Shown one piece after another: positions 18,064 to 27,691 of a DNA stretch of 64,000 nucleotides. How positions within the stretch are numbered: the stretch's first letter is position 1; each line of letters begins with the position of its first letter. This stretch comes from a virus (Duplodnaviria; Heunggongvirae; Uroviricota; Caudoviricetes). The translations under genes were made by a program, and so were the position numbers. The notes under the pieces are model-generated. The model did not search any database and was not told the origin of the DNA. It was given only the letters and a program-made list of their open reading frames with translations. The DNA lies in IMG/VR virus record IMGVR_UViG_3300029842_000004. The stretch is one strand, 5' to 3'.

Positions 18064-18536
18064 TGATAAGAAGTCGTGGCTTATGCCAGGCTTGCAGGAG
18101 TAAAGAGTTGACTCCGAAGAAAAAAGACAGAATTACATCCATTAAAAACAGCAGCAAGAAGAAAAAGTTAGAGAACCCGGATTTATCCGGGTTTTTTCGT
18201 CTTATGCTGGAAGAGTTAAATAATAGTCGGATGTCTATGACCGGTAAGGCTATTCATTTTCCTACAGTATGTAACGTCTGTCACATACTTCCGAAAAGGA
18301 TATATAAGTCAGTTGCTACTTGCAGGGATAATATAGTTTTCCTTCATGAATCGGAGCATACGGTATTCGACATGTATCTTGACCGGATGGAATTTGATAA
18401 ACTTGAAACAGAATTTCCTTTTGTGTGGAAGTATGCGGTAAAGAAGGTACTGGATATGGAAAGCAGAGGAATGATCAAGGAAAGAGGTAGGTTGATTATT
18501 GAAATAATTGATAGGTATGATAGAAGAAAAGATTAA
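18018..18536 (+). CDS. Zn-ribbon protein, possible HNH-like motif (172 aa)
   Basis: CERCGRK...CQAC, then CNVCH...HESEH. Confidence 0.5.
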   Translation: MEKKLYVCERCGRKVMIRSRGLCQACRSKELTPKKKDRITSIKNSSKKKKLENPDLSGFFRLMLEELNNSRMSMTGKAIHFPTVCNVCHILPKRIYKSVATCRDNIVFLHESEHTVFDMYLDRMEFDKLETEFPFVWKYAVKKVLDMESRGMIKERGRLIIEIIDRYDRRKD

Positions 18537-19836
18537 AATATTAATAGATTTAGGGTTTGTACCTATGGTGAAAGGAGAGGGAAATACGTTGTTTAGAATG
18601 AACGATGTTGTGATGTCGGTGTCAGATCCTAACCAAACACCAGAGCAGTTGAAGAAGGAGGTTATGTCTTTAATAAAGAACAGAGACATAGCAGAAAGAG
18701 GCGGACAGGTTCCAGTAGTTAAAGAGCCGGCGCCTGAGCCAGAGCCGGTCCAGAAGGAGGAACCGGAAGCTCAGGCGGAGGAAGCCGCTCCTAACCCTGG
18801 AGAAGAAGATTCGAATCCGTTTACAGAAAATCAGGAAACATTAGAGCCGTTTTATATCTGTGATGAGTTAAAGAAGATTGAGACCCCCAAATTCGTAAGA
18901 TTGACATTAGACGATAATCGTTTTTATGTAAGAAAGATGGATGATGGGACGGCTAAGATATATGCTTCGGTAACAACTTTAATCAAAGATGGGTATGTAG
19001 ATGATAAGACAGCACTTCAGGAATGGAAGCAAGAGATAAAGATGCTTGGTCGCAATCCAGAAGAGGTAGCGCAGTATGAAGCCGATAAGGGAACGATCAT
19101 GCACTACTTATACGGATTGTACCTAACAGGTAGAGATATGGTCTTAAATCGAAGCTTTGTGGTTAAGACAGTGCAAGAAGGCAAGCTGAAGATATCTAAG
19201 AAAAATCTTGATCGGTTCTTTAATAGCATAGATGATCTTGACGATATGATTGTCAGGGTCATGAAGTTTGCCAAATTCTGTTCTGATTACAAGGTGAAAC
19301 CGATGATGATAGAAAGAATCCTTTCTTTAGAGGATTACCTTGTAGCAACACCTATTGATGCGATGGTTAAAATGACATTCAAATACAAAGAAGAAGGTTA
19401 TTTTGGAGCCGTGTATCAAAGGGCTACCGGACAGTTCAAAAAAGGTGATCCGAAGAAGGAAGTAAGAGAAGTGGAAAAAGAAGAAGTGGTCATTCTTGAC
19501 TTTAAATCGGGAGGAATATGGGAATCATATGCATTCCAATTGGAAGCTGAAAGAAGAATGGTTAAAGCATGGTATGGCATTGATGCACGTATTATGAACT
19601 TTTCTCCAAAAAGCACGAGCAGTAAAGGATATACGCTGAAAGAATGGACAGAAGACAGTGTAGCACTTGAAAAGGCGGACTGTGTGTTCCAACAAGGTAT
19701 GTTGAATCACCTTAGAAAAGATAAGAAATTCAAAGTGAGAAAAGGAGTATTGAATATCAATAAACCATACAATGAAGAGGATCATACGGTTGTATATGAT
19801 ATTGCAGAGGAAATATCTAAAAGGTTCATGATATAA
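18508..19836 (+). CDS. PD-(D/E)XK family nuclease-like protein (442 aa)
   Basis: VILDFKSGG motif (hhhDxK[ST]G) and YAFQL motif typical of RecB/Cas4/YqaJ-type nucleases. Confidence 0.55.
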   Translation: MIGMIEEKIKILIDLGFVPMVKGEGNTLFRMNDVVMSVSDPNQTPEQLKKEVMSLIKNRDIAERGGQVPVVKEPAPEPEPVQKEEPEAQAEEAAPNPGEEDSNPFTENQETLEPFYICDELKKIETPKFVRLTLDDNRFYVRKMDDGTAKIYASVTTLIKDGYVDDKTALQEWKQEIKMLGRNPEEVAQYEADKGTIMHYLYGLYLTGRDMVLNRSFVVKTVQEGKLKISKKNLDRFFNSIDDLDDMIVRVMKFAKFCSDYKVKPMMIERILSLEDYLVATPIDAMVKMTFKYKEEGYFGAVYQRATGQFKKGDPKKEVREVEKEEVVILDFKSGGIWESYAFQLEAERRMVKAWYGIDARIMNFSPKSTSSKGYTLKEWTEDSVALEKADCVFQQGMLNHLRKDKKFKVRKGVLNINKPYNEEDHTVVYDIAEEISKRFMI

Positions 19837-19858
19837 AAAGCAATGAGAGGAGCTAAGG

Positions 19859-20872
19859 ATGCTTGATTTTAGAAAATACGAAAACGTACCTCGGTTTCAA
19901 CTTGACCGCAGGCCTGGCAGGAGCCGACTGAAGCTAACCTGCCCGGCTTGCGGGAAAAGCCGGTGCCTTACCCCTTATATTGATGTGGCAACCGGTCAGG
20001 TCGTTGGCAATGAGTTTGGAAGATGCGATCATGAACGAACTTGCGGTTATGATAAACGACCTACCGGCAAGGATGTAGGTGACAAAGATCTTTGGATTTC
20101 GGGAAATAAGTGCATAAGAGCTTATCGTCCTCCTGTAAATCCTGACGTTGTAAATTACATACCTTTTAGCGAGTTTGAGAGGACTGTAGTTCCAGACGAT
20201 AGAAACACCGTATTTAGATTTTTATCGTCTCTATGGGGAAAAGAAAGGGTATCTGATGTATTTAGAAGGTATCATGTTGGAACAATGGACTTATGGGGAT
20301 GGAAAGGGTGTTGTATATTCTGGCAGATAGATAAGGACTTTGTATGCAGAACCGGCAAGATTATGGATTTTTATATAAAGACCGACAGCCAGGGGAATGA
20401 GATTGATGTAAAAAGAGTGAAGGAAAAAGACGGTGACAATGAGCGACCTCATGTCATGTTTTATCACTCGTTGCATGCAAGAGACTTCTTGTTTAGACAA
20501 TGCCTGTTTGGAGAACATCTTCTAAGCCAGTATCCAGATAAGGTAGTTAATTTGGTGGAGTCAGAAAAGACGGCTATTATATGCGCCGTGAATAAACCAG
20601 ATGAGTTGTTTGTAGCTACCGGTGGGTTGCAGAACTTAAGACCGGTAGTGATAGATGTTTTAAAAGATAGAAAGACTGTAGCTTTTCCGGACAAAGGACA
20701 AGCATTTGACACATGGAGTAAAAAGATAGATGGGATGATGATGAAGTCAAGGATAAAAGTATCGGACTATCTTCAGAGTGTTGAGAATGTAGGGGACGGA
20801 GATGATGTGGCAGATTTGATAATTAATAACAAAGTAAAAGAGAAATATTATGAGCCTGGACGTTTATATTAA
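19859..20872 (+). CDS. DNA primase-like protein (N-terminal Zn finger plus Toprim-like region), 337 aa
   Basis: CPACGKSRCL...GRCDHERTCGY zinc finger. VESEKTAIICA...ATGGLQN...PDKGQAFD acidic Toprim-like motifs. Confidence 0.6.
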   Translation: MLDFRKYENVPRFQLDRRPGRSRLKLTCPACGKSRCLTPYIDVATGQVVGNEFGRCDHERTCGYDKRPTGKDVGDKDLWISGNKCIRAYRPPVNPDVVNYIPFSEFERTVVPDDRNTVFRFLSSLWGKERVSDVFRRYHVGTMDLWGWKGCCIFWQIDKDFVCRTGKIMDFYIKTDSQGNEIDVKRVKEKDGDNERPHVMFYHSLHARDFLFRQCLFGEHLLSQYPDKVVNLVESEKTAIICAVNKPDELFVATGGLQNLRPVVIDVLKDRKTVAFPDKGQAFDTWSKKIDGMMMKSRIKVSDYLQSVENVGDGDDVADLIINNKVKEKYYEPGRLY

Positions 20873-21203
20873 GAGCAAGAAGAAAGAAGAGGATCGTAAA
20901 TGGGTTGCAAACATCACCCACAACATGAACAAGATGGCACAAAAAATATTCGTATCAGAAAACAAAGAAACACTATACGATTATGTTTGGAGACCGGAAG
21001 AATTGGGCAGGGAAATAGATACTAAGGAGATGGTGAAGATACTCACAAAAGGTATATATATTATGATCTCCAAGAGAAAGAGTCTTTTGAGATACGAACC
21101 AGAAAACGGATGGGGGTCTTATGATTCATTTCTTAAGTTTCTTATCGAATACAAAGAGGCATGTGAAGATAATCCAGGGTGTGTAATTGAAGCAAGTAGA
21201 TAA
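20850..21203 (+). CDS. hypothetical protein (117 aa)
   Basis: ORF. Confidence 0.5.
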   Translation: MSLDVYIKSKKKEEDRKWVANITHNMNKMAQKIFVSENKETLYDYVWRPEELGREIDTKEMVKILTKGIYIMISKRKSLLRYEPENGWGSYDSFLKFLIEYKEACEDNPGCVIEASR

Positions 21204-21465
21204 CAACATGGAAAATTATAAAAACACTTTAAACGAGGTAGTGGTGATCGAATCATCACCAGAAACGTATTTTGTTTACGCTATTCGTAATGCTATTCGT
21301 ATCTCTAAATGTGCGTATCCTACAGCCAAGAAAGTAATTTTCAAAAGAGAGGACGTAGAGGTGGAGATCTCGGAAATGGAAACTGAAAGCAGTTTGTATG
21401 AAAAGTTTAAAGAGAAACAAAAGGATAGAGTATGGAACTCAATGTGCGGCAACAACGGATTTTAA
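21187..21465 (+). CDS. hypothetical protein (92 aa)
   Basis: ORF. Confidence 0.45.
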   Translation: MKQVDNNMENYKNTLNEVVVIESSPETYFVYAIRNAIRISKCAYPTAKKVIFKREDVEVEISEMETESSLYEKFKEKQKDRVWNSMCGNNGF

Positions 21466-21998
21466 GAGGCGAAATTTGCCCTTATTGCGGAAGAGAAACC
21501 GAGTTGGTCAATGCCGATAAAATATATAGCAGAAAAGGCTTAGGGATGGTTATGATGTGTAAACCATGCAACGCTTATGTCGGTGTTCATGAATCAGGGC
21601 CGAATAAGGGAAAAGCTAAAGGCCGGCTTGCGGGGCCATCACTGAGGTCTCTTAAGATAAGAGTCCATGCCGAACTTGATAGACTATGGCCTACGCCAGA
21701 GGAACGGGAAAGGATGTATAAAGATTTATCTGAATTTCTCGCTATACCGGAAGAGTACACACATATAGGTATGTTTGGCGAGAAGACGATGGGAAAAGTC
21801 TTTCAGTTCTGTCATGTAAACAAAGAACGATCAGGTTCGAGAATAGAATGGCATAAACCTGGAGATAAGTGCCCTAATAAGAACAATCAAATAGTGTCAG
21901 GCAGTAGCGCATGCAGAGGATGCCCTGAGTATCTCCATGATGAGAAAGACGGGTATGTCTGGTGTGATCCCGATATGAGCTACGGCAGGTTGAAATAG
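21432..21998 (+). CDS. Zn-ribbon protein (188 aa)
   Basis: CPYCGRE...CKPC and a C-terminal CRGC Cys cluster. Confidence 0.55.
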   Translation: MELNVRQQRILRGEICPYCGRETELVNADKIYSRKGLGMVMMCKPCNAYVGVHESGPNKGKAKGRLAGPSLRSLKIRVHAELDRLWPTPEERERMYKDLSEFLAIPEEYTHIGMFGEKTMGKVFQFCHVNKERSGSRIEWHKPGDKCPNKNNQIVSGSSACRGCPEYLHDEKDGYVWCDPDMSYGRLK

Positions 21999-22051
21999 GA
22001 CGCGAATTACCTATCTTTGTGCTATTATTCATCAAAAAAAAATATAAGCAC

Positions 22052-22330
22052 ATGGGTAGATCGACAGAGTACTACAGGACTCATCCCGAAGCCAGGAAGA
22101 AAAAGGCTAAAAAGGACAAGGAGATAAATGCCAGACCGGAACAGAAAGCCAAACGCCGGGAGCTTGGTCGTAAAAACTACGAAACGGACAAGAAGAAAGG
22201 CAAAAGCTGGAGGAAAGGCAAAGATTGTTCTCATACCAAAAACGGTCTTAGGTATAAATCAGTAAAAGCTAATAGGGGATCCAAATCGGATACAAAAGGT
22301 GACAAAAATGCACGAGGAGATAGCAAATAG
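22052..22330 (+). CDS. highly basic Lys/Arg-rich small protein (about 92 aa)
   Basis: KKKAKKDKE...KRRELGRK...KKKGKSWRKGKD. Start taken at ATG 22052 after an A9 run. Confidence 0.5.
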   Translation: MGRSTEYYRTHPEARKKKAKKDKEINARPEQKAKRRELGRKNYETDKKKGKSWRKGKDCSHTKNGLRYKSVKANRGSKSDTKGDKNARGDSK

Positions 22331-23426
22331 GATAGATATAAGAAGGATATTCAAAACCTCCAAACAGGTTATGGAAGAGGCGTATGAGAATATCTTAAAA
22401 TACAGGCGGGGAGAGCTTATCCCCGCTAAAACCGGATACGATTATATTGATGAGGCTTTGCTTGGAGGTATTTTCCCTCAGCATGCTATTGCCATAGGGG
22501 CTCGGCCATCTGTGGGTAAATCGTATGTGGCCCAAAAGATATTGGAAAATGTGATGAATCCGATGATCAACCCACAAGCAGAAGATTATTTTCTTGTCAA
22601 TTGCGAGTTCGAAATGAATCCTCAAGATCTTCTTCTTCGCAGAATGAGTCAGGATATGAAAAAACGGGCTCCTGAAATATTAAGAAGGCAAGATTCTAAT
22701 ACAGTAGAAGAGATAAGGATGTTTGAAATCCTTCAAGGTGAAATCAGAAATAATATAATATACATCGACGCTCCGTGTACGGTAAAAGAGTTTGAGGCGG
22801 CTGTGTATCATATAGCTACCAAACACAAAGACAAACGTCTTATAATATTTAAAGTCGATCATATTGCTTTGATAAAAAGAATGGGATTAGATCCTAAGTC
22901 GGCTATAGATGATTTGGTGGCGGTTATGAACGAAGCTAAATTAGTATATAAAAACATATTTTTCCTCATCATATCCCAATTCAACAGAGAGATAGAAGGA
23001 AGGATAAAAAGCCCTCAAGAGCAGCCTCCCCGTCTTTCTGACTTTTATCAGTCTGATACGCTGGGGCAACTATGTACGTTAATGATAGGTTTGCATAATC
23101 CTCGCAGATACGGGCTGGACAAGTATATGATATTTGGGAAAGACTGGTATCAGACTCTTGATAGGTTTAAAACTGAAAACAAAACATCATTCAGGACAGC
23201 CGGACTGGTGTTTCATCATATACTGAAGGTAAGGCAAGTTAGTATGGAAGAGCTTACTAATACAATCCACCCAGAGATACTGCCGGGACATGAATGGATG
23301 TACGGGGAGGGCGGGACGAAGTTCGTGAACCCCAACCAGCCGCCGACGCCGCCTAAGCTCTATACTGTGGAAGACGTTACGGACAATCAGGAACAAGAGA
23401 CAAAAGAAGAACAGTCATTGTATTAA
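22299..23426 (+). CDS. DnaB-like replicative helicase (RecA-fold C-terminal domain)
   Basis: GYDYIDEALLGGIFPQHAIAIGARPSVGKSYVA matches the DnaB H1/Walker A region. IIFKVDHIALI Walker B-like. Confidence 0.75.
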   Translation: MTKMHEEIANRIDIRRIFKTSKQVMEEAYENILKYRRGELIPAKTGYDYIDEALLGGIFPQHAIAIGARPSVGKSYVAQKILENVMNPMINPQAEDYFLVNCEFEMNPQDLLLRRMSQDMKKRAPEILRRQDSNTVEEIRMFEILQGEIRNNIIYIDAPCTVKEFEAAVYHIATKHKDKRLIIFKVDHIALIKRMGLDPKSAIDDLVAVMNEAKLVYKNIFFLIISQFNREIEGRIKSPQEQPPRLSDFYQSDTLGQLCTLMIGLHNPRRYGLDKYMIFGKDWYQTLDRFKTENKTSFRTAGLVFHHILKVRQVSMEELTNTIHPEILPGHEWMYGEGGTKFVNPNQPPTPPKLYTVEDVTDNQEQETKEEQSLY

Positions 23427-23441
23427 AAAAAAATAAGAACC

Positions 23442-24044
23442 ATGAGACTAACAGTAGAAGAAAACGAATACCTGATAAGTAAGTTCCTTTTGGTTCTTAC
23501 TGAGTTTGCAGGGGATGAAAGAGAGATGTTTTTAATCAACTCCATACATGATAAGGCGGTGGCGGATATGAATTATCGTCTTCCGTCTTTAATAAGCAGA
23601 GAACGTAAAAGACGAGTTATTGAGCTCCTTAAAGAAGGAACCAGAATAATCAAGGACTTTTCTGGCTATGCTGGTGATATGGGTATGATTAACGAATACG
23701 ATCGTCTAAAGAAAGAAATAGGAACCGTCCAAGACCAGCTTGGTGACGTAGAAGGTCAACTTCGGGCAGCAGGAGAAGTTATTAAAAAAGAACTTGATAT
23801 GATTGCTGACCGAATCAAAGAAGATCTTCTTGATCGAGAACTGGCTAAAAGTAATGCCGAGGCTGAAAGAAAAGCCAAAGTAGATCCGAGATACGAAGTA
23901 GCTTTAGGTGATTACAAGGAGATGCTGGAAGTGATTTTTACAACCAGAAACAAGTATTCTACGGTAGATTCTGTACATGACGATCTTCGACAGTCGGTAT
24001 CTACCGGTAGAAATTCGATTATTAAAGAAGGGTACAACAGTTAA
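23442..24044 (+). CDS. hypothetical coiled-coil protein (200 aa)
   Basis: ORF. Confidence 0.55.
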   Translation: MRLTVEENEYLISKFLLVLTEFAGDEREMFLINSIHDKAVADMNYRLPSLISRERKRRVIELLKEGTRIIKDFSGYAGDMGMINEYDRLKKEIGTVQDQLGDVEGQLRAAGEVIKKELDMIADRIKEDLLDRELAKSNAEAERKAKVDPRYEVALGDYKEMLEVIFTTRNKYSTVDSVHDDLRQSVSTGRNSIIKEGYNS

Positions 24045-24059
24045 AAACAAGGAGGGAAT

Positions 24060-24257
24060 ATGGAAAAGAAGGAATTTAAAGTAGGAGAAGTGTTTACTGC
24101 CGGACTTGTAAGATTAAAATGTGTGGAAGGTGATACATGCGATGGATGTATATTCGAAGATTACGATTCTTGTTCATGTACAGACATAATTATTGGTCCA
24201 TGTGGACATGTTGATAGACAAGATAACAAGAATGTTATTTTTATTAAAGCTGATTAA
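24060..24257 (+). CDS. small Cys-rich protein (65 aa)
   Basis: SD acaaggaggg. CVEGDTCDGC...CSC...CGH. Confidence 0.5.
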   Translation: MEKKEFKVGEVFTAGLVRLKCVEGDTCDGCIFEDYDSCSCTDIIIGPCGHVDRQDNKNVIFIKAD

Positions 24258-24259
24258 GA

Positions 24260-24973
24260 ATGTACATCAATTTCAGACAACTTGCAGCATCAGACATGAC
24301 TCCTAATGATCTTGCTAATCTTCTTGCCATAAGACAGAAGGATTCGGTTATGATCGAAGCCATGCCGGAAGAAGATGCTGGGAGGTATATAGAGCTTGGC
24401 CTGGTTGAGAAATTAAAATCAGGCGTGATGAGATTGACCAACAAAGGAACGTCTTTTGTGAATTATATAGAGACACCGGAGATGACAGACGAGGTTCTGG
24501 AAACGTTGAAGATTATGATAGGAATGTACGAATCGTATTCAAAAGACATAGGTGTCAGCAGAAAAGAAGCGGAATCCAGATTGTGTTGGTTTATGGGTAA
24601 CACCTCATTCAAGAAAGAGGTCATACTTCAGGTAACGGAATCTTATATAGCAGAGTCAGGAGATTATACAATGAGCTTATGCAACTTCATATGGAAACCG
24701 CCTTCTCAGGCTTTTTCAGTTTATATGAACCTTAAAAATTCAAAGCTCTTTGACTTAATAGCTGAAAAATTTAAGATCGCTACCGAGCCTTATTTGGAGT
24801 CTAAGAAGAATAAGGAAATGGATTGGTTGTTTGCCGTATCTAAATTGCCTACGCCGCCAGCTAAAGGCAATCCGGATTATTTGTTTACCGGAAGTTCTGA
24901 AACAGACAAAGAGCGATTGAAAAACATAAAAACGTATTTATTTAACAAAATTAGAAAGCAATGGAAAAAGTAA
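24260..24973 (+). CDS. hypothetical protein (237 aa)
   Basis: ORF. Confidence 0.6.
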   Translation: MYINFRQLAASDMTPNDLANLLAIRQKDSVMIEAMPEEDAGRYIELGLVEKLKSGVMRLTNKGTSFVNYIETPEMTDEVLETLKIMIGMYESYSKDIGVSRKEAESRLCWFMGNTSFKKEVILQVTESYIAESGDYTMSLCNFIWKPPSQAFSVYMNLKNSKLFDLIAEKFKIATEPYLESKKNKEMDWLFAVSKLPTPPAKGNPDYLFTGSSETDKERLKNIKTYLFNKIRKQWKK

Positions 24974-25212
24974 GAATCAGAAAGATAATAGAGGATATAA
25001 TTATTACTCAGTTTCTTAATTCGGAAATAGATATAATTCATGAAGAAGATGTGACGTTTAAAGAACTTGGATTAGATTCTGTTGATCAAATTGAACTGGA
25101 AGTGATGGTGGAACAAAAATTCAATATTGTTATTATTGATTATAATATGGAGACCATCAAAGATATGACTGATCTTGTTTACAAAATAATAACAGAAGGG
25201 TATGGGAAGTGA
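24961..25212 (+). CDS. acyl-carrier-protein-like small acidic protein (83 aa)
   Basis: ELGLDSVDQIELEVMVEQKFNIVI matches the ACP helix-II phosphopantetheine-attachment motif (LGxDSLD.VEL). The Ser falls in DSV. Confidence 0.55.
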   Translation: MEKVRIRKIIEDIIITQFLNSEIDIIHEEDVTFKELGLDSVDQIELEVMVEQKFNIVIIDYNMETIKDMTDLVYKIITEGYGK

Positions 25213-25690
25213 TATAATTTTATGCATGGCTTTAATAGCATCATTTGCTTTTGTTATACAGTTTTTGTTGTCGATATTAGGATCTGATCTGGATACGGAT
25301 ATTGACAATGCTTCTGATTTAAGCATGTCTTTATCAGACATCATATCATTTAAGGGTATAACACATTTTATTCTTGGATATAGCTGGACTACCTACTTTT
25401 CGGGTTCTCATTTAGTAGGGGTTGTGATAGGGTCGTTTTTCTTTATCGTTTTGTTTTACGTATATAAGTTACTTCTTAAGTTAAAGCAAGAAATGGTGTA
25501 CGAATGTCCGGAAGATTTAAATGGCAGAGAGGTGGAGATAGTATTTAGATCAGGGAAGAATCATTATATGGTAAATATTTCGAAAAATGGAAGACAGGAG
25601 CAAATGAGAGTAAGATGCTTGTCTGGAAAAACTTACAAAAACGGTGACAAGGTGAATATAAAATACGAAGAAGGAGAACTAAGTATCTAA
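25202..25690 (+). CDS. NfeD-like membrane protein (N-terminal TM helices plus C-terminal OB-like beta domain), 162 aa
   Basis: Three hydrophobic helices, then GREVEIVFRSG...MRVRCLSG...GDKVNIKYEEGELSI. Immediately upstream of an SPFH gene, the canonical NfeD-SPFH arrangement. Confidence 0.6.
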   Translation: MGSDIILCMALIASFAFVIQFLLSILGSDLDTDIDNASDLSMSLSDIISFKGITHFILGYSWTTYFSGSHLVGVVIGSFFFIVLFYVYKLLLKLKQEMVYECPEDLNGREVEIVFRSGKNHYMVNISKNGRQEQMRVRCLSGKTYKNGDKVNIKYEEGELSI

Positions 25691-25722
25691 TTTTTTTTAT
25701 CAACAATTAAATTTTAAAAGTT

Positions 25723-27168
25723 ATGACAACAATCATATACGTGTCAGCTATCTTAGCTGTAGTGATTATTTTGACAATCATCGGAGTCTTATCAAGGTAT
25801 CGTAGATGTAAGCCTAATCAGGTCTTGGTCGTTTATGGTAAGACAGGTGGGGAAAAGAAATCGGCGAAATTATATCATGGTGGAGCGGCATTTGTCTTGC
25901 CTATTATTCAAAGCTATGATGTTTTGTCAATGGAGCCTATGCAAATAGATTGCAAGCTTACCGGTGCTTTGTCATCTCAGAATATTAGAGTAGATGTTCC
26001 TACGACTATTACAGTAGCTATCAGTACAAATCCAGAGATCATGCAAAATGCGGCAGAAAGACTTTTGGGAATGGATACCGAATCTACTGAAAATCTTATT
26101 ACGGACATCGTTTACGGTCAGATGCGTTTGATTATTGCTGAAATGACAATCGAAAAACTTAATTCTGACAGGGATGAGTTTTTGGATAAGGCAAGAAAGA
26201 ACATTGATAACGAGCTTAACAAGTTAGGTCTTTACCTCCTGAACATCAACATCAGTGACATTAGAGACGAAGCCGGTTATATTATGAACCTTGGTAAGGA
26301 GGCTGAAAGTAGGGCTCTGAACGAAGCACAGGCTAATATCGAAGAACAGGAGAAGCTGGGGGCTATTAAGATTGCTGTACAGCAGAAGGAGAAAGAAACG
26401 GCTGTGGCTAATACCAAAAAAGAACAAGAGATTCAAATTGCTTGTACTGAAAAAGAAAAGGAAACAATAGTAGCTGAAACGAAGAAAGAAAAAGAAGTAG
26501 CTTTGGCTTTAACCGATAAAGAAAAACAGATCGGTGTAGCTCAAGCCGATAGAGATAGGGCTGCGGCTATAGCAAAGACTTTGGCTGACAAGGAATCAGC
26601 GATTGCAAGATCTAAGGCGGAACTTGAAGTAAACAAAGCTGAAGCCGAAAGAATGGAAGAAGCTAAGGCTAAGAAAGTTCAGGCTGCGCTTAAGGCTGAA
26701 AAGATTGTGCCGGCTGAAACCCAGAAGGAAGAGGCTATCTTGCAAGCTGATGCCGAGGCCGAGAAGATCAAACGCCAGGCTGAGGCTGAGGCATCAGCAC
26801 ATTTGGCAAAAGCTGAGGCAGAGGCAAAAGCTATTCAGATGAAGCTGGAGGCAGAAGCCGAAGGTAAGAAAAAGTCGTTAATGGCAGAAGCCGACGGATT
26901 TAAGGCTATGGTGGAAGCAGCAGAATCCAATCCTCAGATCGCCATCCAGTACAAGATGGTTAATCAGTGGAAAGAAATTGCTGGAGAACAGGTTAAAGCA
27001 TTTGAGCACATTAATCTCGGAAATATCACGGTATTTGACGGCGGTCAGAACAGTACCGGTAATTTCCTTAACAATGTTGTCAAGACCGTCGCTCCGGCAT
27101 TGGGAGTCATTGATCAGCTTCCGATTGCAGATACTTTAAAGAAATTAAAAGGAGATGACAAAAAATAA
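25723..27168 (+). CDS. flotillin-like SPFH/band-7 protein (YqiK/FloT-like), 481 aa
   Basis: N-terminal TM anchor. SPFH core (LVVYGKTGG...QIDCKLTGALSSQNIRVDVPTTITV...IIAEMTIEKLNSDRDEF). Long Ala/Glu/Lys-rich flotillin coiled-coil repeats. C-terminal conserved tail. Confidence 0.8.
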   Translation: MTTIIYVSAILAVVIILTIIGVLSRYRRCKPNQVLVVYGKTGGEKKSAKLYHGGAAFVLPIIQSYDVLSMEPMQIDCKLTGALSSQNIRVDVPTTITVAISTNPEIMQNAAERLLGMDTESTENLITDIVYGQMRLIIAEMTIEKLNSDRDEFLDKARKNIDNELNKLGLYLLNINISDIRDEAGYIMNLGKEAESRALNEAQANIEEQEKLGAIKIAVQQKEKETAVANTKKEQEIQIACTEKEKETIVAETKKEKEVALALTDKEKQIGVAQADRDRAAAIAKTLADKESAIARSKAELEVNKAEAERMEEAKAKKVQAALKAEKIVPAETQKEEAILQADAEAEKIKRQAEAEASAHLAKAEAEAKAIQMKLEAEAEGKKKSLMAEADGFKAMVEAAESNPQIAIQYKMVNQWKEIAGEQVKAFEHINLGNITVFDGGQNSTGNFLNNVVKTVAPALGVIDQLPIADTLKKLKGDDKK

Positions 27169-27385
27169 ATACAATGGCCCAAGGTTACACTTGGGCCTAA
27201 TTGAAGAAATAAAAGCAGCATTCATAGATTTCCTGCCTGCGGGAACAGTGATTTTAAGTGCTTTACTAATTACGATATTTTTAACATGGATTTTGGACAA
27301 GATTTAGAACCAGAAGAACTGACCAAGCATTATGATCAGTGTTATGGAATTGATTTTGAAACAGAAGAAGAGGAGGATGAAGAGT

Positions 27386-27691
27386 ATGACCGATGAGGGA
27401 TTTGCATTAGATAATAAGAAAAAGGTTGTTGTAAGAAAAAGAATATCTTATTTAAACAAAGGGGATAAAGTGTGGATTGTGTCTTCCGATGGGTATCTAC
27501 TACACACGGACGTAGTTAGAGCCGACCGCGGTAGATCTTATGTGGATATAGACGGGATTCTGTATTGGAAGCGAGGATTAGATGGCAAGCATCGTAATCG
27601 TAATAACTACATGCAGTTTGCCATGACACCAGAAGACGGTAAAAAGTATGTCGTATATTACCCAGAAGGGTTTAAAGACAATGACTTATGA
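27386..27691 (+). CDS. hypothetical protein (about 101 aa). Start revised to ATG 27386 after SD aggagg.
   Basis: Track ORF 27332 probably starts too early. SD-ATG spacing supports 27386. Confidence 0.5.
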   Translation: MTDEGFALDNKKKVVVRKRISYLNKGDKVWIVSSDGYLLHTDVVRADRGRSYVDIDGILYWKRGLDGKHRNRNNYMQFAMTPEDGKKYVVYYPEGFKDNDL

